The position numbers were made by a program, and so were the translations under genes. This document shows positions 17,046 through 31,800 of a stretch of 64,000 nucleotides of DNA, in pieces (position 1 is the first letter of the stretch; each line of letters starts with the position of its first letter). The notes under the pieces are model-generated. The model saw only the letters and a program-made list of their open reading frames with translations, did no database searches and was not told the DNA's origin. This stretch comes from the human T2T-CHM13v2.0 reference genome, Homo sapiens. Where the stretch lies: assembly GCF_009914755.1 (NCBI RefSeq), contig NC_060939.1. One strand, 5' to 3'.

Positions 17046-17428
17046 TGGTGTAGTTTGGATATCTGTCCCTTCCAAATCTCATGCTGAATGTGATCGCCAG
17101 GGGCCTCGTCAGAGGTGTTTGGGTCATGGAGGTGGATCCCTCATGAAGGGCTTGGTGTCCTCCCAGTGGTAATGGGTGAATTCTTGTTCTATGAGTTTAC
17201 GAGAGAGCTGGTTAATTAGAAGAGCCTGGCATCTCTCTTGCTCCCTCTCGCCAGCTGATGTGCCTGCTCCCCCTTCCTTTCCACCATGAGTAAAAGTTTC
17301 CCAAGGCCTCACCAGAAGCCAAGCAGATGCCAGTGCCTTGTAGAACCATAAACCAAATAAACCTTTTCTTCGTATTAATTACCTAGTCTCAGATATTTCT
17401 TTATAGCAATGCAAAATGGACTAAGAAA
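17046..17428 (+). mobile_element. MaLR solo LTR, MSTB-like
   Basis: tagtttggatatctgtcccttccaaatctcatgctgaa...ccaaataaaccttttctt...tttatagcaatgcaaaatggactaa. Confidence 0.85.
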
Positions 17429-17471
17429 CTTACCCTTTAAATTTTTGTGGCTGGTTTGTATTTTGTTTTGT

Positions 17472-17683
17472 CTTTTTTTTTCTTTCTTCCTCCCTCCCTG
17501 CTTCCTTCCTTCCCTCTTTCCCTTCAGCCATTTCTCTTTCCCTTCATCCTTCTCTCTTTCCTGTCATCATTCTCTCTTTCCCTTCCTTCCTCCCTCTACT
17601 CCTCTCTTCCTAGCTTTCTCCTTTCCTTCCTCCCTTACTTTCTCCCTCCCTTTCTCTCTTCCTTCTTTCCTTCCTTTCTTTCC
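17472..17683. repeat. CT-rich low-complexity polypyrimidine tract
   Basis: About 210 bp, almost entirely C/T. Confidence 0.9.
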
Positions 17684-18216
17684 AGAATCCTAAAGCTTTG
17701 CCTCTGCCTCTTCCAAACAAAAAGTAAAACAAAGCAACAAGTAGGATTGTTTACCAGCTGCTCTGTGGCCACTAAAAGAAATAAGTTGTAGTGGGTATAG
17801 ACCAGTAATGTTTATTGATTGACATTGCCTCTGTGCAGCTGTTGACCTGTTAACTTTAAATTTAGTTTATGTGGGGGCAGGCATGGCTGTCACACTCACC
17901 CTAAATCTTCTGTCTATTACAGAGGTGGAATTCCATGAGCCATATTAGAAACACTACCTTCTCATTCTTCACTCTTAAAATATATGCTTCCTTTTGGGAG
18001 TTTTACATGAAGTAAAATGAGAACCTCATCTGTGTGTTTCCTGGGTGGGCCTTTGAATCAAGAATGCAGGCTGTTCCTTCCGTGTGTTAGGTGCTGCATG
18101 CAACCTCGCCTCTCCAGGTGCCCCAGACACATTACTGAATACAGCAGGGACAGACCCCTCCTTCACGGAGCTCATTTTCTGGCACAGGCAAAGTGACCCT
18201 TTTCACCTCTTAGAGG

Positions 18217-18425
18217 AGCAAGTTGGCAAAGTTTTTCTGTAAGGGGCTAGATAATAAATCCTTGGGACGTGTGGACCAGCGGATTTCTATGGTACCTACT
18301 ACGGCCAGGCAGTGAAAGCAGCTGTAACTTATGTGCAATGATGGGTATGGTGATGTCTCAATAACATTTTACTCACAAAAGCTGGCCTCGGGGTGGACTC
18401 GAGCCCAGGTGTGCTACCCGTGGGT
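18217..18425. mobile_element. hAT-Charlie MER58A-like DNA transposon
   Basis: ttggcaaagtttttctgtaaggggctagataataaat...gtgaaagcagc...caataacattttactcacaaaag matches the recalled MER58A layout. Confidence 0.7.
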
Positions 18426-18962
18426 TACAGTCTTCACTTCTGACAGAAGTCCTTATTTAAGGCCTCGAGATTTTCTTCACTACAAATTTTTTACTGAGGC
18501 TGCCTGCCCTCCTGGCTGCTTTGAGCTGTCTTCAGCTTTTTAGCTCATCCATACTTCATGAGACACAAAGAACAGCATGTCTGCATTCTGTGTACAGATA
18601 CTCAGCCTTCTCCATGCCCTGCCTCTGGAATAGTCTCCATTAATCCGAACAAATGTAGAGTTGGGGAAAGAAATAGAGCAGAATATTTGTGTTTAGCCCT
18701 TGTCTGCTTGGATAATGGTGTCTGCTTTGATTTCTCAAGAAGACTTTAAAAATAAACCATTCTCTGTTGAGCACCTGTTGAGTTCTGGGAGTGTGCTGAG
18801 TCCTCAGAATACACAGCTGCAGGACACAGCTTCCCGCCCCTCAAGTATGGACAGGTCAGGGAGAGAGTTAGACAAGCAGATACTCAGCAGAGGTGAACAC
18901 AGGGAGGTTGGTGGACAGAGCTCAACACCCGATGCCAGTGGGGCATGGGGAGTGAGGGGTGC

Positions 18963-19150
18963 GTGTGTGTGTGTGTGTGTGTGAGAGAAAGAGAGAGAGA
19001 ACCACAGAGAGAGAGAGAAGAGAAAGAGAAGAAGACAGAGGAGAGAGAAGAGAGGGAGAAAGAGAAGGAAAAGGAGGATGAGGAGGAAAACAGAGGGAAA
19101 TAGGGGAGGGAAAGTGAGAGGGAGGGAGGAGGGAGTGTGAGCTGAGGAGA
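18963..19150. repeat. (GT)n microsatellite followed by a GA-rich polypurine tract
   Basis: About 10 GT units, then about 165 bp nearly all A/G. Confidence 0.9.
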
Positions 19151-19609
19151 AGCAGCAGAAATTTCCATTAAGGGTCTGTAACACTTACACCTTGAGAGCT
19201 GGATTAGTCCAAAGAGGAGGCGCTATTACACAGCATCCCTATAGGGTGTGTAGGAGCTGACTTCAGCCAAGCCACAAGGGGTTTAGGTCACAGAGGATAT
19301 GGGTCTCTGGTCTTTTATCCTTTTATTCCCCTTTTAGTGCTGTTTATAATCGGAACAATAATGAACTTATAATTCTAAATAATTGTAGATATAAAAGTAA
19401 ATAATTTAGATACAGATAAAAATGCGACATTATGTGTTCTTAAAATGATACAGAATATACTAAACTAAATTGAATGGCAGAGAGTAAACATGAAGTTAAA
19501 AGTAGCAATTTGCACATCAGGGAACAGAAAATCTAAGAGCTGATTTCTGTAAAATAGACAAGTTTGTGGTAAGTTTAATTCATTAAAAGAGCAAAAATGT
19601 AAACACAAA

Positions 19610-20648
19610 TACCATCATACAAGTATATTCAGCAGCATTTCATTGCCAATTTTCATTTTGCTATCACCTTTTTACTTCCTTTCCCCATCTCCTCTCTGCT
19701 TCTATCTTCTAACTTTTTGTCTTCTCCAAGAGAACCAACGGAAGTAACCCAATGCATACCCTTTCATACATTTCTCTATAATCATATAATCCTATACAAA
19801 GACATATACCCATATATATTTTTGTTTCCTTTTTATAAGGTTAGATTCTTATTAAAGATATTTTTCTATACATTCATTTTTTTTCTGTTTCACTTAACAA
19901 TACATCTTGGTCAATCCTTCAGGTCAACAGACACAGAAATCATTCATTATTTGTAATGGCTACCCGCTTTCGGTTTTCCCCACTACAAGTAATGCTACAC
20001 AAAACATCTTTGTCTGTATTATATTATGTGTCTCTGTAGAAGGTATTTATGGCATTTGCATTGCTGGCTGGAAGCACATTTGTAAATTTTAATAGATTGG
20101 CAGGTTGCTTTCCAGGAGAGATGTGGTAATTCACATTCCCACCAGCACTGTATAAATGTGACCATTTCCCTACATCTTCACCAGAAATTGGCATTATTTT
20201 AAGATGTTCCAGTTTTATCAGTGAAAAACTGGTGTCATATTATTGCTTTATATTGCATTTTTTTGCTTCTTTCAGCATTATTTCTTACGTTAATTGGTCA
20301 TTTGAATTCATCTTTCGTGAATTGCCTATCATATTCTTACCCATATACCTCTTTTCTCTTTTATATGGTTTTATTATCAAGGAACTGCTCTTTGACTATT
20401 ATGAACATTTACTCTTTATCTGTTATGTATTTTTGTGAAGTTATTTCCTCAGTCTCTCATTTCCTTTATGATCATACAAAATTTTTAGTTTTTATGTGGT
20501 AAAATATGTTCATTTCCCCTCATATATCCTGTCTTGACTAATAGGATATACCTCTCCTAACGGTTACACAGTACTTCTACTAGGTTATCTTCTAAAGTAT
20601 TTATTGTTCTAATTTTTTACCACTAAGTCTTTAATCTATATGGAACTG
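19610..20648 (-). mobile_element. Ancient L1M (L1ME/MC-type) 3' remnant
   Basis: Diverged L1 3' motifs: taattcacattcccaccagcactgtat..ccatttccctacatcttcacca; tttcgtgaattgcct; gtctttaatctatatggaa. Confidence 0.55.
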
Positions 20649-20651
20649 TTT

Positions 20652-23600
20652 TACCTTTCCAACTTTTATTTTAGGTTCAAAGGATACATGTGCAGGTTTT
20701 TTACATGGGTAAATTGCATGTTACAGGGATTTGGTGTACAAATAATTTTGTCATCCAAGGAATCAGCATAGTACCCAACAGGTAGTTTTTCAATTCTCAC
20801 CTTCCACCCTCCACCTTCAAGTAAGCCCCAGTGTATATTGTACCCTTCTTTGTGTCCATGTGTACTCGATGTTTAGCTCCCACTTATAAGTGATAACACG
20901 CAGTATTTAGTTTTCTGTTCCTGAGTTAATTCACTTAGGATAATGGCCTCCAGCTCCATCCATGTTGCTGCAAAGGATATGATTTCATTCTTTTTTATAG
21001 CTGCAGGTATTCTATGATATGTATGTACCACTTTTTCTTTATCCAGTCCACTGTTAAGCATCTAGGTTGATTCCATGTTTTTGGCATTGTGAATAGTGCT
21101 GTGATGAACATGCACATGCGTGTATCTTTATGGTAGAATGATTTATTTTGTCTTTGGGTCTATACCCAGTAATGGGATTGTTGGGTCGAATTATAGTCTG
21201 TTTTAAGTTCTTTGAGAAATCTCCAGAAAGCTCTCTACAGTGTCTGAACTAATTTACATTCCCCAGTAGTATATGTGTTCTCTTTTCTTTGCAACCTCAC
21301 CAGCATCTGTTACTTTTTTGACTTTTTAATAACAGCCAATCTGACGGGTGTGAGGTGGTATCTCATTGTGGTTTTGATTTGCATTTCCCTAAAGAGTAGT
21401 GATATTGAGCATTTTTCTATATGCTTGTTGGCTGCATGCATGTCTTCTTTTGAGAGGTGTCTGTTCATATCCTTTGAACATTTTTTAATGGAGTTGTTTG
21501 TTTTTTTCTTGTTGATTTGATTAAGTTCCTTATTAAGGAAGTTAAGTTTCTGAAAGTTAGGCCTTTGTCAGGTGTATAGTTTGTGAATATTTTCTCCCAT
21601 TATGTAGGTTGTCTGTTTACTCTGTTGACAGTTTCTTTTGCTGTGCATAAACTCTTTAGTTTAATTAAGTCTCACTTGTCAATATTTTTGTCGGAATTGC
21701 TTTTCAAGTCTTTGTCATGAAGTCTTTGCCACAGTCCATGTCCAGTACAGTATTTCTTAGGTTTTCTTCTAGAGTTTATGTAGTTTTGGGTTTTACATTT
21801 AAGTCTTTAATCCATCTTGAGTTGATTTTTGTATGTGGTGAAACAAAGGGGTCCAGTTTCAATCTTCTGCATGTGGCTAGCAAGTTATCCTAACACCATT
21901 TATTGAATAGAGAGTGCTTTCCCTATTGCTTGTTATTGTCAGCTTTGTTGAAGATCAGATGGTTGTAGGTATGCAGCTTTATTTCTGGTTTCTCTGACTT
22001 GTTGCATTGGTCTGTATGTTTTTGTACCAGTACCATGCTGCTTTACTTAGAGTTATAGTATAGTTTGAAGTGATAGTGTGATGCTTCCAGCTTTGTTCTT
22101 TTTGCTTAGGATTGCTTTGGCTATTCAGACTCTTTTTTGGTTCCAAATGAATTTTAGAATAGTTTTTTCTAATTCTGTGAAAAAAATGTTATTGGTAGTT
22201 TGATAGAAATGGCATTGAATCTGTAAATTGCTTTGGGCAGTATAGCCATTTTAACAATATTGATTCTTCCCATCCATGAGCATAGAATGTTTTTTCATTT
22301 ATTTGTGTCATCTCTGATTTCTTTCACCAGTGTTTTATAATTCTCATTGTAGAGATCTTTCACCTCCTTGTCTAGCTGTATTTCTACATATGTCATTCTT
22401 TTTGTGGCCATTGTGAGTGAGATTGCATTCTTTATTTGGCTCTCAGCATGAGTGTTATTGGTGTGTAGAAATGCTACTGATTTTTTGTACATTGATTTTT
22501 GTATCCTGAAACTTTGATGAAGTTGTTTATTGGATCTACGAGTCTTTGGGCAGAAACGATGGCATTTTCTGGGTATAGAATCATATAGTCTGTGAAAATG
22601 ATAGTTCAACTTTTTTTCTTCCTATTTGTGTGTCTTTTTTTTCTATGCCTTTTATTTCTTTCTCTTGCCTTATTGCTCTATCTAGGACTTCCAGTACTAT
22701 GTTGAATAGCGGTGGCGAGAGAAGGTATCCTTGTCTTGTTCTGGTTTTCAAGAGGATTGCTTCCAGCTTTTACCCATTCGATGTGATTTTGGCTGTGGAT
22801 TTGTCATAGATGGCTGTTATTATTTTGAGATATGTTCCTTCAATGCCTAGTTTCTTGAGGATTTTTAACAAGAAGGGATGTTGAATTTTACAGAAAGTTT
22901 TTTTGTCTCTATTGAGATGATCATGTGCTTTTTGTTTTTAGTTCTGTTTATGTGATGAATCACATTTATTGATTTGCATATGTTGAAGCAATGTTGCATC
23001 CCAGGAATAAAGCATACTTGATTGTAGAGGATTAGCTTTTTGATGTGCTACTGGATTTGGTTTGCTAGTATTTTGTTGAAGATTTTTCATCTATGTTCAT
23101 CAGGTATATTGGCCTAAAGTGTTCTTTTTGTTGTTGTTGCTGTATCTTTGCCTGGTTTTGGTATCAGAATGATGCTGACCTCATAGAATGAGTTAGGGAG
23201 GAATCCTTCCTCCTTGATTTTTTTGGAATAATTTCCACAGAATTGGTATAAACTATTCTTTACATACCTGGTAGAATTCAGCTCTGAATTCATTTGGGCC
23301 AGGGCTTTTCCCGGTTGGTAGGATTTTTTTTTTTTTATTACTGATTCAATTTTGGAACTTGTTATTGGTCAATTCAGGTTTCAGTTTCTTCCTGGTTCAA
23401 TCTTGGGAGGTTTTATGTTTCCAGGAATTTATCAATTTCTTCTAGATTTTCTAGTTTGTGTACATAGAGGTGTTCATAACAGACTCTTAGGGTTTTTTGA
23501 ATTTCTTTATGGTTGGTGGTAATGTCTCCTTTGTCATTTCTGATTGTGTGTTTTTGGATCTTCTCTTTTTAAAAATTAGTCTAGCTACTTGTCTGTCAAT

Positions 23601-24762
23601 GTTACTTATTCTTTCAAAGAACCACCTTTTATTTTTATTGATCTTTTGTAAGCCATTTCGTTCACTTCAGCTCTCATTTTCGTTATTTCCTTTCTTCTGC
23701 TAACTTTGGAATTTATTTACTCTTGTTTTTCTAGTTCCTCTAGGTGTGATGTTACATTGTTAATTTGAGATCTTTCTAACTTTTTGATGTGCACATTTAG
23801 CACTATAAACTTTCCTCTTAACAGTGCTTTAGCTGTGTCCCAGAGATCTGGCATGTTGTATTTTTGTTTTCATTAGTTTCAAAGAATTTCTTGATTTCTG
23901 TCTTAATTTCCTTCTTTACCCAAAAGTCATTCGGGGTCAGATTATTTAATTTCCATCTAATGGTATGGTTTTGAGAGACTTTCTTGGTACTTATTTCTAT
24001 TTTTATTGTGCTGTGGTCTGAAAGTGTGGCTGGTATGATTTCGTTTTTTGGAATTTGTTGAGAATTGCTTTATGGGCTTAGCATATGGTAAATGTTAGAG
24101 TATGTGGCATGTGCATATGAGAAGACTGTATATTTTGTTATTGGGTGCAGTATTCTGTAGATGTCTTTTAGGTCCATTTGATCAAGTGTCGAATTTTTAT
24201 CCCGAGATCTTCGTTAGTATTCTGCCTTGATTATAGGTCTAATACTGTCCGTTGGGGGTTGAATTATTTCACTATTATTTTGTGTGGTTATCTAAGTGAT
24301 TTTATTAGTCTCTACAAACTTGTTTTATGAGTCTGGGTGCTCCAGTGTCGGGTGCATATATATTTAGGATAGTTAAGTGTTTTTATTGAATGGAACCCTT
24401 TATTATTAGGTAATATCCTTCTATGTCCTTTTGATCATTGTTGGTTTAGTCTGTTTTGTCTGAAATAAGAATAGCAACCGGTGCTCTTTTTTTTGTTTTC
24501 TGTTTGTCTGATAGATTTTTCTCCATCCCTTTACTTGGAGACTATGGGTATCACTGCATGTGAGAGGTCTCTTGAAGATAGCATACAATTGGCTTTGGCT
24601 TCTTTATCCAAGATGCCACGCTGTGCCTTTTGAGTGGGGTGCTTAGTCCATTTATGTTTAAGATTAATAACAGTATGTGCAGATTTGATCCTGTCATCAT
24701 GTTGTTAGCTGGTGGTTATGTAGACTTGATTGTGTAGTTGCTTTATAGTGTCAGTGGTTTAT
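20652..24762 (-). mobile_element. 5'-truncated old primate L1 (L1PA15/16-like), 3'UTR through all of ORF2 to the inter-ORF spacer
   Basis: 3'UTR ttttattttaggttcaaaggatacatgtgcagg; ORF2 peptides (WMELEAIILSELTQEQKTK; VKDLYNENYKTL); ORF2 start ctgtcatcat at about 24691-24700. Confidence 0.88.
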
Positions 24763-26400
<1,638 letters not shown>

Positions 26401-26937
26401 GTGCTGCTGAGAGCCAGAAATTAATCTTGAGGTCAGTGGGATGTCATATACGGATTCTATGCAAAGAAACTAATATAATCTGATCTGAATTTTTGGAGGA
26501 CACTACAGAGCAACCCTGGCCACACATATAATTTCACATTTGTATACAAAGAAACTGAAGAAAAAAGAGAGCAAGAAACTCACCCAAGTTCACAGAGCCA
26601 TTGATTCCCTGAGCCTGGCGGACCTTGTTGCTGATGCTTCCTCCCCACATGGAAATGGAGACAGAGGCCAGCACGGCTGCTCAGGGCACACCCAGCTCAC
26701 CGTGGCTGAAATGGAGATCTGTGTCTGCGAGGGATTTTGGAACATTTGCATCATTGTCCTGATCATTGGCCATCAGTCACAGCACCCACTTGCTGTCCAA
26801 AACAGAATGGAGAGTCCTGTCATCCAAAGAAGGAGTTCAGGCCAGCCAGGCCAAACGAAGAGTGGTTCTGAGCAGCACGCAGATGATGGCCCCTTTCTGG
26901 GCAATGGGAAGCAGTGTTCTTAAGCACTGGGAAATGC

Positions 26938-27076
26938 TCTTTTTTTCTTTCTTTCTTTCCTTCCTTCCTTCCTTCCTTCTTTCTTTTCTTTTCTTTCTTT
27001 CTTTTCTTTTTTTTTTGAGATGGACTCTTCTTCTGTTGCCCAGGCTGGAGTGCAGTGGCGCTATCCCGGCCCGGCC
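26938..27076 (-). mobile_element. Very short Alu remnant with an expanded (TTTC/TTCC)n tail
   Basis: gagatggac..tgttgcccaggctggagtgcagtggcgctatcccggc followed directly by ccggcc. Confidence 0.75.
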
Positions 27077-27329
27077 GGTGCTTCTTAACAGTTTTGGTCT
27101 ACGCAAGCAATGTAAGAGGAAGATGTCTCTGAGGCCAGAAACCTGGGTCAGGGCTGCCCTCAAGACAAGGAAAGGCCCCAGTACCCAGCAGGGGCACCAC
27201 ACATGAGCCCATTCCCTTGGGTGCTGGGCTGTGCCCAGGTGGGTGGGCCTCCCTGGTCTTATACAGGGCAGCTGTCTCTGGAGGCCACCAGAGCGAGGCC
27301 ACAGGAACCCTAGGAAGGGGAATTTGCTG

Positions 27330-27713
27330 GTGGCTGGGGCAGCTGTAAGAGAATGCCACAGACTGGGGGCTCAAACAGCACACATCTCCTGTTTCACAGT
27401 GCTGGAGGCAGGAAGTCCAAGATCAAGATGTCAGCCAGGTTGGTGTCTTCTGAGACCTCTCTCCTTGGCCTGCAGACAGCCACCTTCCTGCTGTGTCCTC
27501 ACACGGTCTTTCCTCTGCACGTGCATCCCTGGTGTCCGTCTGTGTGTCCCGATCTCCTTCTCATAAGGACATCAGTTATATAGGGTCAGGGCCCACCCTG
27601 ATGACCTCATTTAACCCAGGTTACCTTTTTAAGGGCTTCACCTCCAAAATCAGTCACTTTGGGGGTTAGGATTTCAACATATGAATTTGGGGGGACACAG
27701 TTTGGACCATAAC
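27330..27713 (-). mobile_element. MaLR solo LTR, MLT1A/B-like
   Basis: ctggaggcaggaagtccaagatcaag..ggttaggatttcaacatatgaatttggggggacacag. Confidence 0.8.
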
Positions 27714-28069
27714 TATGGGATGTTGAAGCAGGATGCTGAAAGCTTCCAAAGGAGGTGGCCTTCCTTTGAAGGGACCTCCAAGGGTCGGGTGAATGTGGAC
27801 AGGCAGCCACCTCAGAGAAAAGGGCCCCCATTCCTCCTCAGCACCAAGAACACCTGTAACTCCTTTGGAACTTTTATCTCCGTATTTCAGACCACATGCA
27901 CAGTCTCTGTCTTACAGATGCGAAAATAAGTGAGTTTAGATGAGTAATCATGAACACGTTTTCCTGCATGTGGGAGATTTTCTCCTTTTGACTCATGTAG
28001 TTTTCAAGGGCATATCCTGCTATTGTCCTCCTGGCTTTGAGCTGCCTGCCGTGTGTGCATTCTCTTTCC

Positions 28070-28125
28070 ATCACACACGCGCACCTGCGTGCACACACAT
28101 ACACATGCACACACGCATGCTCACA
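28070..28125. repeat. Degenerate (CA)n
   Basis: cacacacgcgcacctgcgtgcacacacatacacatgcacacacgcatgc. Confidence 0.6.
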
Positions 28126-30167
28126 TGACAACCCCAAATTGATACACAATTGCACTTCCAGAGCATTGCCCACCCTGACAAGCACCACGTCTACTGTGCC
28201 TGATAAATGGAGACTAGTATGTATTCTCAGAGTGCATGCAGACAGCAGAACATGCACTCAGTGATGGTTTATGTTGAATGTTTAAACACTGCCATTTTGG
28301 AAGTCAAGTGTTAGCAGGGTGGGAGGTGTGGTGTTCCCACAGCTCTGAAAAGAACACCCCATGAAGATTCGAGCAGGCCCCTTTGGGGACACAGCCTCCA
28401 CTGGGAGGAGCCAAGTGGGCTGGCGCTGTGTGAGCATTTTGCTTGACAAGAGTTGTTAGAGTAGACCAGAAGGCCTGTTTCCGGGAAATATTTTCTCCAT
28501 TTCCTCTCTACATAGGTCTCTCCAAATTTCTTAGAAGATACACAATTAAGGTGTCTCCTTAAGGACTATTTTACTATTTTCCAGAAAGTAGAAATAAAAG
28601 AGGGGGTAGAGAAATATCAGAATTATCAGAGCATGTCTTAGCCTGTAAGGGAGTAGATTTTTGTCATTGTAGGAGCTAGAGGTAGAAAAAGACATGGAAA
28701 GGAATGAACCAATGAGGAAACACCGCTGCTTGGCAGGCCAGCATCTTGAATGTCCTCATCACACGAGTGTGTCCTGGATCCCACCCAAGGCCCTCCAGGA
28801 GTGGATCTGCCTCTAGATTTCCTGCTCTTATCCACTCTGTTGCTAGATCACAGAAGCAGCGCCATGATTTATTATTTAATAACCTACAAAACATTATTAT
28901 AGAAATGAAACATTCAACAGGAACTGTGAAGCCATTTACAATGGAATCAACAAGACAACAAGACGTTTGATGTAAGAGAGAAGGACTGCTTAGGAAACAA
29001 ATAATCCGTGAAGCGTGGAGCCGCCCCATCCTAAAAACAAATACACTTTAGAGTAACTGAATTTAAATACTTCTAAATCAGATACAGTTTTTAAAAATGT
29101 ATCCTTTTATATTATAGTCATGCTGAATTAAGTTTGAGGACTATTGCTCTGCAGCTATACACAGATACATTGCAAAATGACTAACAGCTTAAGCTAAAAT
29201 GGTTTTCCTTTTACTGAATTGATAGTACAATTTAGAATTACAACTTTTTTGAGGCTAGCTAGACTAGCCTGCTAACCACCCCTAAGCATTCTGTGCAGTG
29301 TGATAAAAGTTATCCACATCCAAGTCCACCTCTCTGTGGAGCCAGTTCCATCCTCCCACCTAGAATTGTGCTTTTGTGCTTTTCTGCAGGACTTACTATA
29401 TATTCATGAGCTTGCATGAATTACTGTCATTTATCTGCAAAAACTACTACATTGAGTATATTCTCCTAGAGGATGGAACCACATCTAACTTATTTCTAGA
29501 TGAGTTACCATGCCCAGCCCCTGAGAAACTAGTTCTTGTTTGCTGTTGCAGATCACTCGAGGGTCATCTGTAAGAGCCTGGAGGCCGACCCAGCTACAGT
29601 GAAGAAGAATTTCTTAAAATATCCCTTCAGTGTTGGCTCTGTTTCCTTTGAAAAACAGAGCAGAGGCTATGGTGGCTAGACCCAAGGGATGAAAGGAAAA
29701 TTGGTATATAAACTGCAGTTGTTTTCAAGCTGATGTCAAGTCTAGAGAAAACAAATCAGTGTAACTGTATACACCTGTCTTCCCAGGACCTAAAGGGGAA
29801 GACAAGTGATTACGGAAGCAGTAGTGTCTGAGGGACAAACAGTGGCATACATGTAATCTACTGACAGGGACTCAGGAATCTGGCATCGCTCCGGGTGTTT
29901 CAGCTCAATTATAAGGCATTTAAATGATCAAGTAGCTGATATTTGGCCCAGCTTCCTCAGTTCTTCACCTCAGTTTCAGTAGGCTTAAATGATAGTTGAA
30001 GTCTTGGCTTTGTTTACAGCATATCCATTCAGTATTTGGGGAAATAATTTTTAACTGAAGCCCTAGTTATGGGGTAAGTTTCTTTTAGGAAATCCTTTAC
30101 ACTATTATTTTTTGAGATGTCATTTTCTTCTGTCAGAATGAGATTTTAAAGAAAATCCTCATGCTCA

Positions 30168-30600
30168 TTATTTTGTGGTGAAATACACATCCACCGTACC
30201 ATCTTAGCCATTTTCATGGGACCATTCACTAGTGTGAAGCACATTCACGTTGTCGTACAACCGTCACCACCGCCCATCTCTAGGACCTTTTCATCTTCCC
30301 ACACTGAAACTTTGTACTCACGAAACACTAACTCCCTTTCCCTCCCCCTGACCTTGGCAACAACTGTTCTCCTTTCAGTCTCTATGACTTTGATCATTCT
30401 GGGGTCATTCTAGGGATCTCATACCAGTGGAGTCTTATGGTATTTGTCCTTTTGTGACTGACTTACTTTACTCAGCATCATGTCCTCAAGGCTCATCCAT
30501 GTTGTTGCATGTGTCAGAAGGTTCTTCCTTTTGAAGGCTGAATAATATTCTACTGTATAGATATACCACATGCCACATTGTGTTTATCCATCCCCTCTCC
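30168..30600 (-). mobile_element. L1MB-type 3' end fragment
   Basis: cacattcacgttgtcgtacaaccgtcaccacc..ttttcatcttcccacactgaaact..gctcatccatgttgttgcatgtgtcagaa..aaggctgaataatattc. Confidence 0.75.
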
Positions 30601-30884
30601 AATGTCTCCTGGCCATTCATACTTTAACAATTCCTCTCTAGTTGTACACTCTCTTTACTTCAGTCTACTCTAGTGCTGTATTACATAAGAAAATGCATTT
30701 GGGCCAAATGTCTGAAGGTACATGTTTAGCTTAGAGATGTGACTAAGGACCACCAGGGGAGGAGGCATCTAAAACTCCTCAGTGACAAAAAGGAGGAGAA
30801 GTACAACTGCCTGGTGTGGGACAAGAGACAACTAGTCACAACTAGTGAGAGGCTTCACATAATTTCAGCTTCTCTTCATGGTTA

Positions 30885-31290
30885 TGTCAAAATACAATTA
30901 CCACCAATTTAGTTTAAAGATTAATTGGCTTTTATTTGCAATTCTAGAATTGAGAAGCTCCTCATTCTGTAAAACAGAGTAAGTGTTCAGATGAAATGAG
31001 CTGATGAGGTTGGCTTCCTAGGCACAAAAGGGCTGAAGAAAGCAGAAACAGGGAGCAAAGAGTGGACTGGTCATTTCAGTTACTTTCCTCATAGCGTTAA
31101 AACACAGGGGACTTCATTGTTACATTAACTCAGATAAACTAGAACCTCTTGGGGATTTTTGAAAACTGGCCTGTTTCAAAGTTCAGTTGGATTATGTGGA
31201 ACATGAGTGAGGCCATCCTGGTTTGTTCTGAGATGCTGGGGCCTTGTGCAGGGGCTCATCCAAAACAGCGGCCTCCCATAAACTGTAACA
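30885..31290 (-). mobile_element. ERV1 solo LTR (MER67-like, tentative)
   Basis: TG...CA termini, near-4-bp TSD gtta/ctta, and ttttattt polyA signal on the minus strand. Confidence 0.6.
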
Positions 31291-31624
31291 CTTATGCACA
31301 GAGCTTCTTAAAGGAAATCATTCCCATGAAGTTATATTTCCAAAGCTCAGACGGTGAGCACCTTTTGGAACTTTGTTTCAACCATGTAATGTTTCACCAC
31401 TGTACTGGCCTTCAAACTCCACTGCTCCACATATTCAGCTCCACACTTGTGGTGAAAGCTGCACAGGCAGGAACGTGGAGCAGGTGTGTTTGCTTGTTTG
31501 CAACCTGGGATTGGAGGTGAGTTTCAGCGAAGGGGGAAACTCAGAGTTTCCAAAGTTTGTTACGGAGTGCTTCCAAGGTAACAGTCTATTATTGACCATG
31601 GATTTGGTGAAGTAGAGCAGTATT

Positions 31625-31800
31625 TTTTAGCAGGTAAAATCACAGACTTTGGCTTCGCTAAGATGTGTGATTGAGTCTCAGTCTTGCTAACTGAGACAAT
31701 CTGGAGAAGTCACCTCACCTCTCGGAGCCAACTTACCTCTGATGGGCTCAATGTCAGGATTCAGTCTATAGGGTTGCTGTGAAGACAAAAGGCATTGTTA
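31625..31800 (+). mobile_element. MIR
   Basis: cacagactttgg..aagtcacctcacctctcggagcc..tatagggttgctgtgaag. Confidence 0.55.

Noticed and set aside
17409-19184. F/L/S/P-rich ORFs resembling membrane proteins
   Set aside because: They are translations of CT/GA simple repeats.
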